Shown here: in pieces, positions 44,563 through 53,458 of the stretch
Layout: each line of letters begins with the position of its first letter
How positions within the stretch are numbered: the stretch's first letter is position 1
Source: Bacteroidaceae bacterium
GTDB lineage: Bacteria > Bacteroidota > Bacteroidia > Bacteroidales > Bacteroidaceae
Length of the DNA stretch: 64,000 nt
NCBI GenBank assembly: GCA_017541025.1
Contig: JAFXZY010000008.1
Span: 44,535 to 108,534 of the forward strand
Reading direction: 5' to 3'
Notes under the pieces: model-generated
Database searches by the model: none
What the model saw: only the letters and a program-made list of their open reading frames with translations
What the model was told of the DNA's origin: nothing
Translations under genes and position numbers: made by a program

Positions 44563-46644
44563 ATGAAACGTTCCTTTATGTTACTTGCGGCTGTTTTCTC
44601 TGCCGCTATGATGCAGGCAGACGTTACACTGCCAGGATGGATGACTTCCAACATGGTCATGCAGCAACGAACTAAGGTTCACCTGCAGGCTACGGCCAAG
44701 AAAGGTGCCACAGTAAAAATTACTCCCTCGTGGGACAAGAAAACCGTAAAAGTGGAAGCTGATAAGCTGACGGGAGCCTTTGAATTTGATTTGCAGGTGC
44801 CCTCTGCCGGAGGTCCATATACACTCACCTTCGATGACGGCAAGAAGCTGGTGCTGGAGAATGTTATGGCAGGTGAAGTTTGGTTCTGCAGCGGTCAGTC
44901 CAACATGGAGATGCCCGTAAAAGGTTGGGGACAGGTAAACAACTACGAGCAGGAAGTGGCCAATGCCACGCACCCCATGGTACGCCTGTTCCAGGTAGAG
45001 CGTGTCGTGGCCCGTTCACCTCAGACCAATGTACCGCTGGGCTATACCAAAGGATGGGTGCAATGCTCACCCGAGACGGTAGGAGAATTCTCTGCTGCTG
45101 CCTATTTCTTTGCCCGCGAGGTATCACAGAAACTGGGCATCGCCATTGGCGTTGTCAACAGCTCTTGGGGTGGAACACCCGCCGAGAGTTGGGTAAGTCT
45201 GGACAGGCTGCAGAATGTGATAGGATTCCAGGAACACGCCAAGAGAACCTTTGCCACGGGATTCGATGAGGATAAGATTAACCAGCTCTATCTCGACGAG
45301 CGTGCCGAGTGGATGCAGAAAGTCTATGGCAACGACCAGGGACTCGAGGGCGGCAACATCGACAAGGCTGTCTGGGCGGCAGCAGACTTGAACGAGAGCG
45401 GCTGGAAGCAGATGGCCCAGCCCAACCTCTGGGGAAAGACCGACGAGTTGAAGGACTTCGACGGTATCGCCTGGTTGCGTCACACGGTAGAGGTTCCCGC
45501 CTCTTTGGCAGGCAAGGACCTGAAGCTGGACCTTGGCCCCATCGATGACGAGGACGTAACCTATTGGAACGGACAACGCATAGGTATGGGGGCGGGATGG
45601 ATGAGCAACCGCAACTATACCGTTCCCGGCAAGTTGGTAAAGGCAGGCAAGAATGTGCTCGCTGTCCGTGTTACCGATACTGGCGGCGAGGGGGGATTCA
45701 GCAAAGTGGGCGTTGCCTCTGCCGGCTCAACCACCATCTCCCTGGGAGGAAACTGGAGTTGGAAGAAGAGTCTGGATATGGCAGGCATAAAGACCCCCAC
45801 AGATATGACGGAACCCCGTTCTCCCAGCGACTCCTGGTATCCGTCCGGCTTGTACAACAGCATGGTGGCTCCTTTCCTTTCAATGCCGGTTCGCGGCTTC
45901 CTGTGGTATCAGGGATGCTCGAACGTCGGCAGAGCTGTTCAGTATGAGAGTCTGTTCCAGGCACTTATTCTGGATTGGCAGGCCCGTTTCAACAAGAACT
46001 CCCAGGTAGCGCCCTTCCCCAAGCCCGAACCTCAGGACAACCGCCGCAGATGGATGCAGAACACCGAATCCAAGGCCCTACCCTTCTACTTCGTACAATT
46101 GGCCAACTACCTGCAGCGTAAAGACCTGCAACCCCAGTCAGGATGGGCTGCTCTGCGCGAAGTGCAGCGCAAGGCCCAGAAGCTCGACGGAGTAGGCATG
46201 ATGGTAAACATCGACATCGGTATGGCCAATGATATTCATCCCAAGAACAAGCAAGAGGTGGGACGTCGCCTGGCTTTGCTGGCCCTTAACCGTACTTACG
46301 GTCGCGAGGAAGCCTGCTCCGCTCCCGAATATCTGCAGATGAATGTCTCCGACGGAAAGGCTCTCCTAAGCTTCCTGCCCGGTTTCGGAAACGACATGCT
46401 GGCCGAGAATTCAGATATCAAGGGCTTCACCGTAGCAGGTCCCGACCACCAGTGGCATGTTGCCAAGGCCCATACAGAAGGTAACGGTCAGTTCATCTGG
46501 CGTGTAGTGGTGGAATGCCCCGAGGTTCCCCACCCCGTTGCTGTCCGCTATGCCTGGGCCGACAATCCCGAGTGCAACTTCAAGACCGTTTCCGGCCTAC
46601 CCGTAGGTCCCTTCCGTACCGACGACTGGGACGATATAAAATAA
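44563..46644 (+). CDS. Sialate O-acetylesterase-like SGNH hydrolase with an inserted galactose-binding-like domain
   Basis: Signal peptide. VWFCSGQSNME, VVNSSWGGTPAESW and FLWYQGCSN. The insertion (IAWLRHTVEVPASLAGKDLKLDLGPIDDEDVTYWNG) resembles a GH2 N-terminal domain. Confidence 0.8.
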   Translation: MKRSFMLLAAVFSAAMMQADVTLPGWMTSNMVMQQRTKVHLQATAKKGATVKITPSWDKKTVKVEADKLTGAFEFDLQVPSAGGPYTLTFDDGKKLVLENVMAGEVWFCSGQSNMEMPVKGWGQVNNYEQEVANATHPMVRLFQVERVVARSPQTNVPLGYTKGWVQCSPETVGEFSAAAYFFAREVSQKLGIAIGVVNSSWGGTPAESWVSLDRLQNVIGFQEHAKRTFATGFDEDKINQLYLDERAEWMQKVYGNDQGLEGGNIDKAVWAAADLNESGWKQMAQPNLWGKTDELKDFDGIAWLRHTVEVPASLAGKDLKLDLGPIDDEDVTYWNGQRIGMGAGWMSNRNYTVPGKLVKAGKNVLAVRVTDTGGEGGFSKVGVASAGSTTISLGGNWSWKKSLDMAGIKTPTDMTEPRSPSDSWYPSGLYNSMVAPFLSMPVRGFLWYQGCSNVGRAVQYESLFQALILDWQARFNKNSQVAPFPKPEPQDNRRRWMQNTESKALPFYFVQLANYLQRKDLQPQSGWAALREVQRKAQKLDGVGMMVNIDIGMANDIHPKNKQEVGRRLALLALNRTYGREEACSAPEYLQMNVSDGKALLSFLPGFGNDMLAENSDIKGFTVAGPDHQWHVAKAHTEGNGQFIWRVVVECPEVPHPVAVRYAWADNPECNFKTVSGLPVGPFRTDDWDDIK

Positions 46645-46670
46645 TTTTATCTTAGTAAGCTAAAAACTAC

Positions 46671-46712
46671 GCCCTCAGCGAGACTCATTGTGAGTCAAAC
46701 TGAGGGTTTTTT
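46671..46712 (+). terminator. Rho-independent terminator
   Basis: GCCCTCAG-N21-CTGAGGGT followed by a T run (GGGTTTTTT). Confidence 0.75.
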
Positions 46713-46805
46713 CAGCTTGCTTTCTGTTGCTAACTAAGTTAGAAAAGCTTCGCAAACAAGCTGGAAAGAATTTGTTTCAATACTCCTTGCGACTTGCGTG
46801 GCAAG

Positions 46806-47690
46806 TCATCTGATTGAATTACCCGTATTAGGGTATTGTTCAAATTTTAAGATGAATGTTGTGTGATAGCCAGCATCCGATTTTTCTGAAAGTTCAAGAA
46901 TACCGCTAACCATGGTCATAATTTGTCGTGATAGGGCAAGACCTATGCCTGTACCTGTGCTTTTGGTTGTGTAGAATGGGATGAAGATGTCCCTCCTGAC
47001 CTCTGCCGGAATCGGTATTCCATCATTGCTGATGCGTAGCGCATACTCGTGCCATCTGAATTTTATGTTCTTAGCATCAGCTTCGGCCGCGTTTTTGATG
47101 ATGTTGACGATGACCTGGCGCAGGAGTGATTCGTCCGTATCAAGGGCAGTATCTGCTGGAATATCTATTTTCCAGGTAATATCGGGATATAATACCATGA
47201 TGTCTTCAACAAACTCTTTCAGTCGCAGAGTAGCAATTACAGGTTCCTGGAGCTGAGTCAGTTTGCGATAGCTATCTACAAATGTCACCAGATTACCAGC
47301 AGCATCATTGATGGCATGGATTCCTTTTTCTAACGATGTACCTACAACCTTCGGGTGTTCAAGGTATGCCTGACTAATACTCTGGATAGGAGTGCTCACA
47401 TTCATTATTTCATGGGTAAGCACACGCGTAAGTTTTTGCCAAGATTCAACTTCCTTTTGTGCCACCAACTTGTTGATGTCCTGCCCCAGATCATTCAGAG
47501 CTTCTTGCAATGCCTTTTCTCCATAGAATAGTCCTTTGACCGGTAGATGAAACGTAAATTCATGGTTCCTCACAGCTTCACGCATCAGTCGGGCGCGTAA
47601 CTTCAGTTTGTTCTGGTGGTGAAAAAAGAACATTGTACCAGCCAAGATAAACAAGATAAAGATGATGACGAAAACTACAACCATTGTCAT
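46806..47690 (-). CDS. Sensor histidine kinase (single TM helix, no periplasmic domain)
   Basis: H box LTHEIMNVSTPI, N box IIKNAAEA, G box TKSTGTGIGLAL. Overlaps the regulator gene by 4 nt. Confidence 0.85.
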   Translation of the reverse strand: MTMVVVFVIIFILFILAGTMFFFHHQNKLKLRARLMREAVRNHEFTFHLPVKGLFYGEKALQEALNDLGQDINKLVAQKEVESWQKLTRVLTHEIMNVSTPIQSISQAYLEHPKVVGTSLEKGIHAINDAAGNLVTFVDSYRKLTQLQEPVIATLRLKEFVEDIMVLYPDITWKIDIPADTALDTDESLLRQVIVNIIKNAAEADAKNIKFRWHEYALRISNDGIPIPAEVRRDIFIPFYTTKSTGTGIGLALSRQIMTMVSGILELSEKSDAGYHTTFILKFEQYPNTGNSIR

Positions 47691-48208
47691 TTACCTAACT
47701 TTCTATATAGTCTTTGACGTGAAATCTCAAGTAATTCCGCAGCCTTGCTGATGTTGCCATGACATTTGTCAACCACTTTACGTACATGTTCTTCTTCCAT
47801 CTTTTCCAATGGTACGACATTGGTATTGGCATCGATGGCATCCTTCAGCACACGGACAAGTTCATGGTTATCCCACGGCTTGGTTACAAAGTCAACTGCA
47901 CCACTCTTCAACCCTTTGACAGCTAATTTAACGTCTGCGTATGCAGTCATCAATACGATAGGAATATCAGGGTGTCTGCGGTGAACCGTCTGTACCCACA
48001 GTAATCCCTCCTGACCATTATTAATGCCAAGAGAGAAATTCATATCAAGCAGAATGATGTCAACCGCCTCCTGCTCCAGTGTGGTCAGTATGTTTTCTGG
48101 TTTGGTAAGGGTCAGTATGCGGTCGAACACACCATCCAGACATATTTCAAGTGTTGTAAAGATAGACGTGTTGTCATCTACAACGAGTATTGTTCCATAG
48201 TTTGCCAT
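47687..48208 (-). CDS. Response regulator: REC domain plus Fis-type HTH, with no AAA+/sigma-54 interaction domain
   Basis: VVDDN...DIILLDMNF (phospho-Asp)...KSGAVDFVTKPW, then directly LEKMEEEHVRKVVDKCHGNISKAAELLEISRQRLYRKLGK. Total 173 aa. Confidence 0.85.
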   Translation of the reverse strand: MANYGTILVVDDNTSIFTTLEICLDGVFDRILTLTKPENILTTLEQEAVDIILLDMNFSLGINNGQEGLLWVQTVHRRHPDIPIVLMTAYADVKLAVKGLKSGAVDFVTKPWDNHELVRVLKDAIDANTNVVPLEKMEEEHVRKVVDKCHGNISKAAELLEISRQRLYRKLGK

Positions 48209-48343
48209 ATATTTCTTAATCTTTTAAGCATCCAATAGGTACAACTAACACTCCATCCTCAGGACGCTTGTATGCATAGTCGCCTACTTTCCTTGGTTGC
48301 AAAGGTAATGCTTTTTTGTGAAAATATCCACTCCGTAACGTGA

Positions 48344-48386
48344 AAGTGTATTGTTTTAATACAGAGAAGTGTATTGTTTTAATACA
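48344..48386. promoter_or_regulatory. Perfect tandem 20-bp direct repeat, each unit containing the palindrome TGTATT-N5-AATACA (candidate operator)
   Basis: AAGTGTATTGTTTTAATACA occurs at 48344-48363 and 48367-48386 (period 23 bp). It lies in the divergent intergenic region, 50-90 bp upstream of the efflux -7 box. Confidence 0.6.
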
Positions 48387-48435
48387 ATCTCACTTTGGCG
48401 AGGTTAAAATCCATTGTCATTTATGACCTTGATTG

Positions 48436-48443
48436 TAATTTTG
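48436..48443 (+). promoter_or_regulatory. Bacteroidetes -7 box (TAATTTTG) for the efflux operon
   Basis: Matches TAnnTTTG, 20 nt upstream of the ATG at 48463. Confidence 0.45.
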
Positions 48444-48462
48444 CAGTACAAAAATCAGCAAA

Positions 48463-49782
48463 ATGAAAAAAATCGCGTACATATTATCATTTTTAACCTG
48501 CCTCACAGGACAAGCCCAAAACGCATGGACAGTCGATGAGTGCATGCAGTATGCTGTCATGCATAACCATGAGGTGCGCCTACAGAATATCAGATTTGAT
48601 GACTACAAGGCAGAAAAGGTAAGGGTAATTGGTTCATTCCTGCCTGCAGCAGAAGGACACATCGGAGGACAGTACAACTTTGGCCGCGCCATTGACCCAG
48701 AAACAAACATCTACACCAGTGTCAGCACATTCTACAATTCGTATGGGCTGAGTGTAGGTGTACCTGTCTTTGACGGATTCCAACGCTACAACAATCTGCG
48801 TGCCGCAAAGGTGAATGTACTGATGGGTAAGAGTCAGTTGATGGCACAGAAAGATGCCACGGCACAGAAGGTTCTGGAGACTTACGTGCTCGCGCTATAT
48901 TATAAAGGATGTATAGACATTTCTACTCAAAAACGCGCTGAGAGCGAGATGCTCCTCCACCAGACAAAAGTTATGGCAGAAGTCGGACAGAAGGGAGAAG
49001 CCGATGTGGCACAGATGCAAGCCACATACGCTGCCGATGACTACGAGGTAACTCGCCAGCATGGGTTATACGACAATGCAATCCTGACATTGAAGCAGTT
49101 GATGAATTACCCGATAGACGATATACTCGAAATTGCAGATTGCGAGAAAGAATCCTTGGAACCTACCTTTGCTGCAGATTCTGAGATTTTTGAGCATGCA
49201 AAACTCCATAATCCAGACATCAAGCAAGCAGAATACAATCTGCAATCAGCCAAGTTTGCATACCGATCCAGCAAAGGTGCCTTATTCCCATCAGTATCTT
49301 TAGGAGCTGGTGTCTCTACCACGTACTATAAGCAGCTGAATGTACCGCTTGCGTCAAGTTTCAGCGAGCAATTCCGCAACAATGCTGGTCAGTATGTCTC
49401 TGCCTCGCTCTCCATTCCGATATTTAACAGGCTGAACACACTTACCAACATTCGCCGACAGCGTAACAATATCAAACGAGCAGAGGAAGAATTAGAGTAT
49501 CGAACTGACGAACTACAAAGACTAATACAAGAAGCCATTACGGATCAGGAGAACAGCCGTAAGGAAACAGAAAAGATGACGGCAAAAGTGGAGTCGGACA
49601 GCATTGCATCACGCTTGACCATCCGAAAGTACGAAGAGGGACTTGCTTCTTCCATCGATGTGCAGACACAAACAGTCTCTTTGTTACAGAGCAAGGCTCA
49701 ACTTTTGCAATGCCAGCTTACATACTTATACAAGACACGTATGTTGAACTATTACAATGGGAAACCACTATGGACAGAATAA
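48463..49782 (+). CDS. TolC-family outer-membrane efflux protein
   Basis: Signal peptide and two OEP repeats with the typical helical/beta alternation. First gene of the efflux operon. Confidence 0.85.
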   Translation: MKKIAYILSFLTCLTGQAQNAWTVDECMQYAVMHNHEVRLQNIRFDDYKAEKVRVIGSFLPAAEGHIGGQYNFGRAIDPETNIYTSVSTFYNSYGLSVGVPVFDGFQRYNNLRAAKVNVLMGKSQLMAQKDATAQKVLETYVLALYYKGCIDISTQKRAESEMLLHQTKVMAEVGQKGEADVAQMQATYAADDYEVTRQHGLYDNAILTLKQLMNYPIDDILEIADCEKESLEPTFAADSEIFEHAKLHNPDIKQAEYNLQSAKFAYRSSKGALFPSVSLGAGVSTTYYKQLNVPLASSFSEQFRNNAGQYVSASLSIPIFNRLNTLTNIRRQRNNIKRAEEELEYRTDELQRLIQEAITDQENSRKETEKMTAKVESDSIASRLTIRKYEEGLASSIDVQTQTVSLLQSKAQLLQCQLTYLYKTRMLNYYNGKPLWTE

Positions 49783-51020
49783 TAGAGAAGAAACGAGGCC
49801 TCCAGAAGAAGCACATCCCTTATATAGCAGGAGGTGTATTTGTGCTGATAGTATTGCTATGGATTCTCTTCGGCAATCACCAGAGCACCTTACAAGTTGA
49901 TGAAGAGGACATCACCATCAGCAACGTCACGCGGGGGGAATTCAAGGATTATGTACGTCTTAACGGAACGGTCATTCCTATCCAGGTGGTACGTATCTCT
50001 CCCGAGGAGGGTGGCATCGTTATGGAGAAGGTGGCAGAGGAAGGACAAAAGGTCAAGAAAGGCGATGTCATTATTCGTCTTTCCAACAGCAACCTCGACC
50101 TGCAGATTCTCAATGCCGAAGCAGAACTGGCAGAGAAGCAGAATCTTTTGCGCAACACGCAGGTGGCTATGCAGCAGGATAAACTGAACAACGAGACGGA
50201 ACAGGCCACACTGGAGATGGATGTGGTGCGCAAGCGCAGAGCTTTCGAGCAGAACGAACGACTCTACAAGGAAAAGCTTATCTCCAAGGAAACATACCTT
50301 CAGGCAAAGGAAGACTATGACCTGGCCAAAAAGAAGCAGACACTCATTGGTGAGCGACTGAAGAAGGATGCACAGTACCGCAACATTCAGATGGACCAGA
50401 TGGAGGATAACCTTCAGAATATGCGCAAGAATGTGGTTCTGGTACGTCAGCGCAAGGACAAGCTCGAAGTACGCTCTTCCATTGATGGCGAGTTAGGTCT
50501 GCTCGATGTGGAGTTAGGACAAAGCATCAGCCCAGGACAGAAGATAGGCCAACTGAACGACCTCAGCGATTATAAGGTACAGGCGCAAATCGACGAGCAC
50601 TATATTGACAGAGTAAGGCAAGGACTGATGGCTACCTTCACCCGTGGCGACAAACAGTATCAGCTTCAGGTGCGCAAGGTCTATCCGGAAGTTCGCGAGG
50701 GCAAGTTCCGCTGCGACTTTATCTTCAAGGGAGACCGCCCGGAGAATATCCGCACAGGCCAGACCTATTACATCGAACTCGAACTGGGTCAGCCTGAGCA
50801 GGCCATCATCATCCCTCGGGGCACGTTCTTCCAAACCACAGGCGGCCAATGGATCTTCGTCCTCTCGTCTGATGGGAGCAAAGCCCATCGCCGTCCCATC
50901 CGCGTAGGTCGTCAGAATCCCCAGCACTACGAAATTCTCGAAGGCTTGGAGTCAGGCGAGCGCGTAGTCACCAGCGGCTACGAGGCATTCAAAGACAATG
51001 AAGTATTAGTAATCAAATAA
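49770..51020 (+). CDS. HlyD/MacA-type periplasmic adaptor (membrane fusion protein)
   Basis: The ATG at 49770 gives MDRIIEKKRG plus a TM helix and overlaps the TolC stop by 13 nt. It has lipoyl, coiled-coil and beta-barrel parts. Confidence 0.85.
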   Translation: MDRIIEKKRGLQKKHIPYIAGGVFVLIVLLWILFGNHQSTLQVDEEDITISNVTRGEFKDYVRLNGTVIPIQVVRISPEEGGIVMEKVAEEGQKVKKGDVIIRLSNSNLDLQILNAEAELAEKQNLLRNTQVAMQQDKLNNETEQATLEMDVVRKRRAFEQNERLYKEKLISKETYLQAKEDYDLAKKKQTLIGERLKKDAQYRNIQMDQMEDNLQNMRKNVVLVRQRKDKLEVRSSIDGELGLLDVELGQSISPGQKIGQLNDLSDYKVQAQIDEHYIDRVRQGLMATFTRGDKQYQLQVRKVYPEVREGKFRCDFIFKGDRPENIRTGQTYYIELELGQPEQAIIIPRGTFFQTTGGQWIFVLSSDGSKAHRRPIRVGRQNPQHYEILEGLESGERVVTSGYEAFKDNEVLVIK

Positions 51021-51028
51021 ACAACGAT

Positions 51029-53419
51029 ATGAACGTATTCAGAAACATGCTTTACATGGCACGTCGCTTCAAGACGGCGACAGTGCTCAACTTCATCGGC
51101 CTCACGGTGTCCTTCGCCGCCTTTTACCTGCTGATGACACAGGTCATCTATAATCGCTCTTACAACTTCTCCATCCCTGATGGCGAGCGTGTCTTCCGAC
51201 TGGAGTCGAAGATGAACCCCGATGCACAGTGGGGCATCAACTGCAACCGCCCCATCCATGCCCTCGTGGCCAAGATGCCGCAGGTGGAAGCCGTGTCGGA
51301 ACTGGCCACATGGGGTGGCAGCTGGGATATACTAGTGGGCGAAAGCACCGTGGAGCAGTTCTGCATGGGCACCAACCTGACGCCCTTTGGGGCTGTCGGC
51401 GCACGTTGCCTCGACGGCCGCCTGTCGTGGGACGACTACGGCGAGCACAGTGCCATCATCCCCGCCTCGCTGGCCCGCAAGGTCTATGGGCGGGTCAACG
51501 TGGCCGGCGAGCCGCTCTACTCAGAAACTGATACAATCATAGTGCAGGGTGTCTATGAGGACTTCCCCGACAATTGCTCGATGAAGAACAACCTTTACTA
51601 CGCCACCCAAGACAATCTCGACAACTGGAGTGAGTGGAGCTCCACCCTCTACGTGAAGTTGGCCGAGAATGTCAATGCAGACACCCTGATGAAAGACTTC
51701 CCCGAACAGATGCGCCAGCTGATGTGGCGCAGGCAGTGGGGGCAGGCAGTTGCCTCCGGTGAGTATGACGAGAATCAGGAGGCAGACATCAAAGCAAAGT
51801 TTGACGCCCACTTCGGCTTTGAGTTCCGCCTGACTCCTATTCGCGACACTTACTTTTCCGGCGTAAGCTCCGACGACAAGGGCAACCCCGCCATGCTCTT
51901 CATCCTCGAGCTGGCCTCGCTGCTCATCATCGTCATTGCTGCCATCAACTTCCTCAATTTCGTGTTGGCCGAGAGTCCCATGCGCATCAAGGGCATCAAC
52001 ACCCGTCGCGTTTTGGGCGAGGGCCTGTGGCACCTGCGTCTCGGGCTGGTGGGCGAGGCTGTTGTCACGTCTTTGCTGGCTTGTGTCATAGCCTATGTCT
52101 TGTGTGTCGCTGTATCGCGGCAACAGACGGAACTGCTACTGGGCGACCTCAGCCTTTCTGCCCACCCCTGGCTCGCGGCTTTTACCGCCTTGATAGCGAT
52201 TGCGGCAGGCATCGCTGCCGGCACCTATCCCGCCTTCTTCGCCACCTCGTTCCAGCCCGCACTCGCGCTCAAGGGTTCCTTCGGTCTTACGCCAAAAGGA
52301 AGGCAACTACGCACGGCACTCGTCTGCCTGCAAATCGGCATTGCCCTCTTAATGGTCACCTACATCGGCATCCTTCTCCTGCAGAGCCGTTTCATCTATC
52401 ACTCCGACTACGGCTTCGCGAAGGACGAGGTGCTCTATGCCCAGCTCTCTGACGAACTGATGCATAAAAAAGATGCCATACGCACAGAACTGATGCAGAT
52501 TGGTGGCATTGATGATGTCAGCTTCTCACGCTTCGTGCTGGGCTCACAGGAAGGATATATGGGCTGGGGACGCAGCGACGATGACCACAAAATCACCTTT
52601 ACCAGCATGCCCGTAGATTACCACTACCTGCGCACGATGGGCATCAAGGTTATCGAGGGCCGCGACTTCAACGAGCACGACGGCGATGTCTATATCATCA
52701 ACGAGGCCGCCCGCAGGCAGTGGCCGTGGGTGGAGATGGACAAGCCGTTGCTGGAGGGCGACCTGTCCGTCGTAGGTGTGTGCGAGAACGTCCGCTATGC
52801 CTCCACCCGTCAGGACCGCACACAGGAGCCCGTCGCCTTCGTCATTTTTGGCGAGAAGTATAGCGGCTGGGGCGACCAGCTTGGAATAGTGAACATACGC
52901 GTGGCAGCCGGTGTTGACAAGCTGTCCGTGCGGCGGCAGGTCAACCAGCGGCTCACGGCCATGGGCAGCGGCGAAGATGTCGAAGTACTGTTCCTCGATG
53001 AACAATTGGAGAATCTCTATCAGGAGGAGTTTCGCTTCATCCGCCAGGTGCTGTGGTTCACCGCCGTCTGCTTCGTCATCACCCTCATCGGTGTCTTCTG
53101 CCTCACAATGTTCGAGACGGAGTATCGCCGCAAGGAGATAGCTATCCGCAAGGTAATGGGCAGCAGCGTGGGCGAAGTGCTGTCGCTCTTTACCAAACGT
53201 TATGCCATTCCGCTCATCCTCTCCTTCGTGATAGCAGCACCTGTTGGTTACTACATCAGCGAACAATGGCTTCAGAACTTTGCTGAACATACACCCATCC
53301 ACTGGTGGTTGTTCCCTCTGGCATTCCTCATTGTCAGCATAGTCGTTCTCCTTACCGTCATCATCCAAAGTTGGCGAGTTGCAACGATGAACCCAGTAGA
53401 GAGCATCAAGACAGAGTAG
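51029..53419 (+). CDS. MacB/FtsX-type ABC transporter permease (double FtsX module)
   Basis: 796 aa: TM1, a large periplasmic domain and 3 TM helices, repeated twice. FtsX-type C-terminus ATMNPVESIKTE. Confidence 0.85.
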   Translation: MNVFRNMLYMARRFKTATVLNFIGLTVSFAAFYLLMTQVIYNRSYNFSIPDGERVFRLESKMNPDAQWGINCNRPIHALVAKMPQVEAVSELATWGGSWDILVGESTVEQFCMGTNLTPFGAVGARCLDGRLSWDDYGEHSAIIPASLARKVYGRVNVAGEPLYSETDTIIVQGVYEDFPDNCSMKNNLYYATQDNLDNWSEWSSTLYVKLAENVNADTLMKDFPEQMRQLMWRRQWGQAVASGEYDENQEADIKAKFDAHFGFEFRLTPIRDTYFSGVSSDDKGNPAMLFILELASLLIIVIAAINFLNFVLAESPMRIKGINTRRVLGEGLWHLRLGLVGEAVVTSLLACVIAYVLCVAVSRQQTELLLGDLSLSAHPWLAAFTALIAIAAGIAAGTYPAFFATSFQPALALKGSFGLTPKGRQLRTALVCLQIGIALLMVTYIGILLLQSRFIYHSDYGFAKDEVLYAQLSDELMHKKDAIRTELMQIGGIDDVSFSRFVLGSQEGYMGWGRSDDDHKITFTSMPVDYHYLRTMGIKVIEGRDFNEHDGDVYIINEAARRQWPWVEMDKPLLEGDLSVVGVCENVRYASTRQDRTQEPVAFVIFGEKYSGWGDQLGIVNIRVAAGVDKLSVRRQVNQRLTAMGSGEDVEVLFLDEQLENLYQEEFRFIRQVLWFTAVCFVITLIGVFCLTMFETEYRRKEIAIRKVMGSSVGEVLSLFTKRYAIPLILSFVIAAPVGYYISEQWLQNFAEHTPIHWWLFPLAFLIVSIVVLLTVIIQSWRVATMNPVESIKTE

Positions 53420-53458
53420 AATAAATGGTAAATTGTAAATTGTTAAATAGCAAATAAT
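53420..53458. repeat. AT-rich tandem word module (GTAAATT words)
   Basis: AATAAATGGTAAATTGTAAATTGTTAAATAGCAAATAAT fills the whole intercistronic gap. Confidence 0.7.

Noticed and set aside
48387-48462. A sigma-54 type -24/-12 promoter (TGGCAC-N5-TTGC) upstream of the efflux operon, which would be expected if the regulator were NtrC-like.
   Set aside because: No GG-N10-GC element with correct spacing is present. The nearest look-alikes (TTGGCGAGG..., TGGTTGCAAAGG...) have the wrong spacing. A standard TAATTTTG -7 box is present instead.
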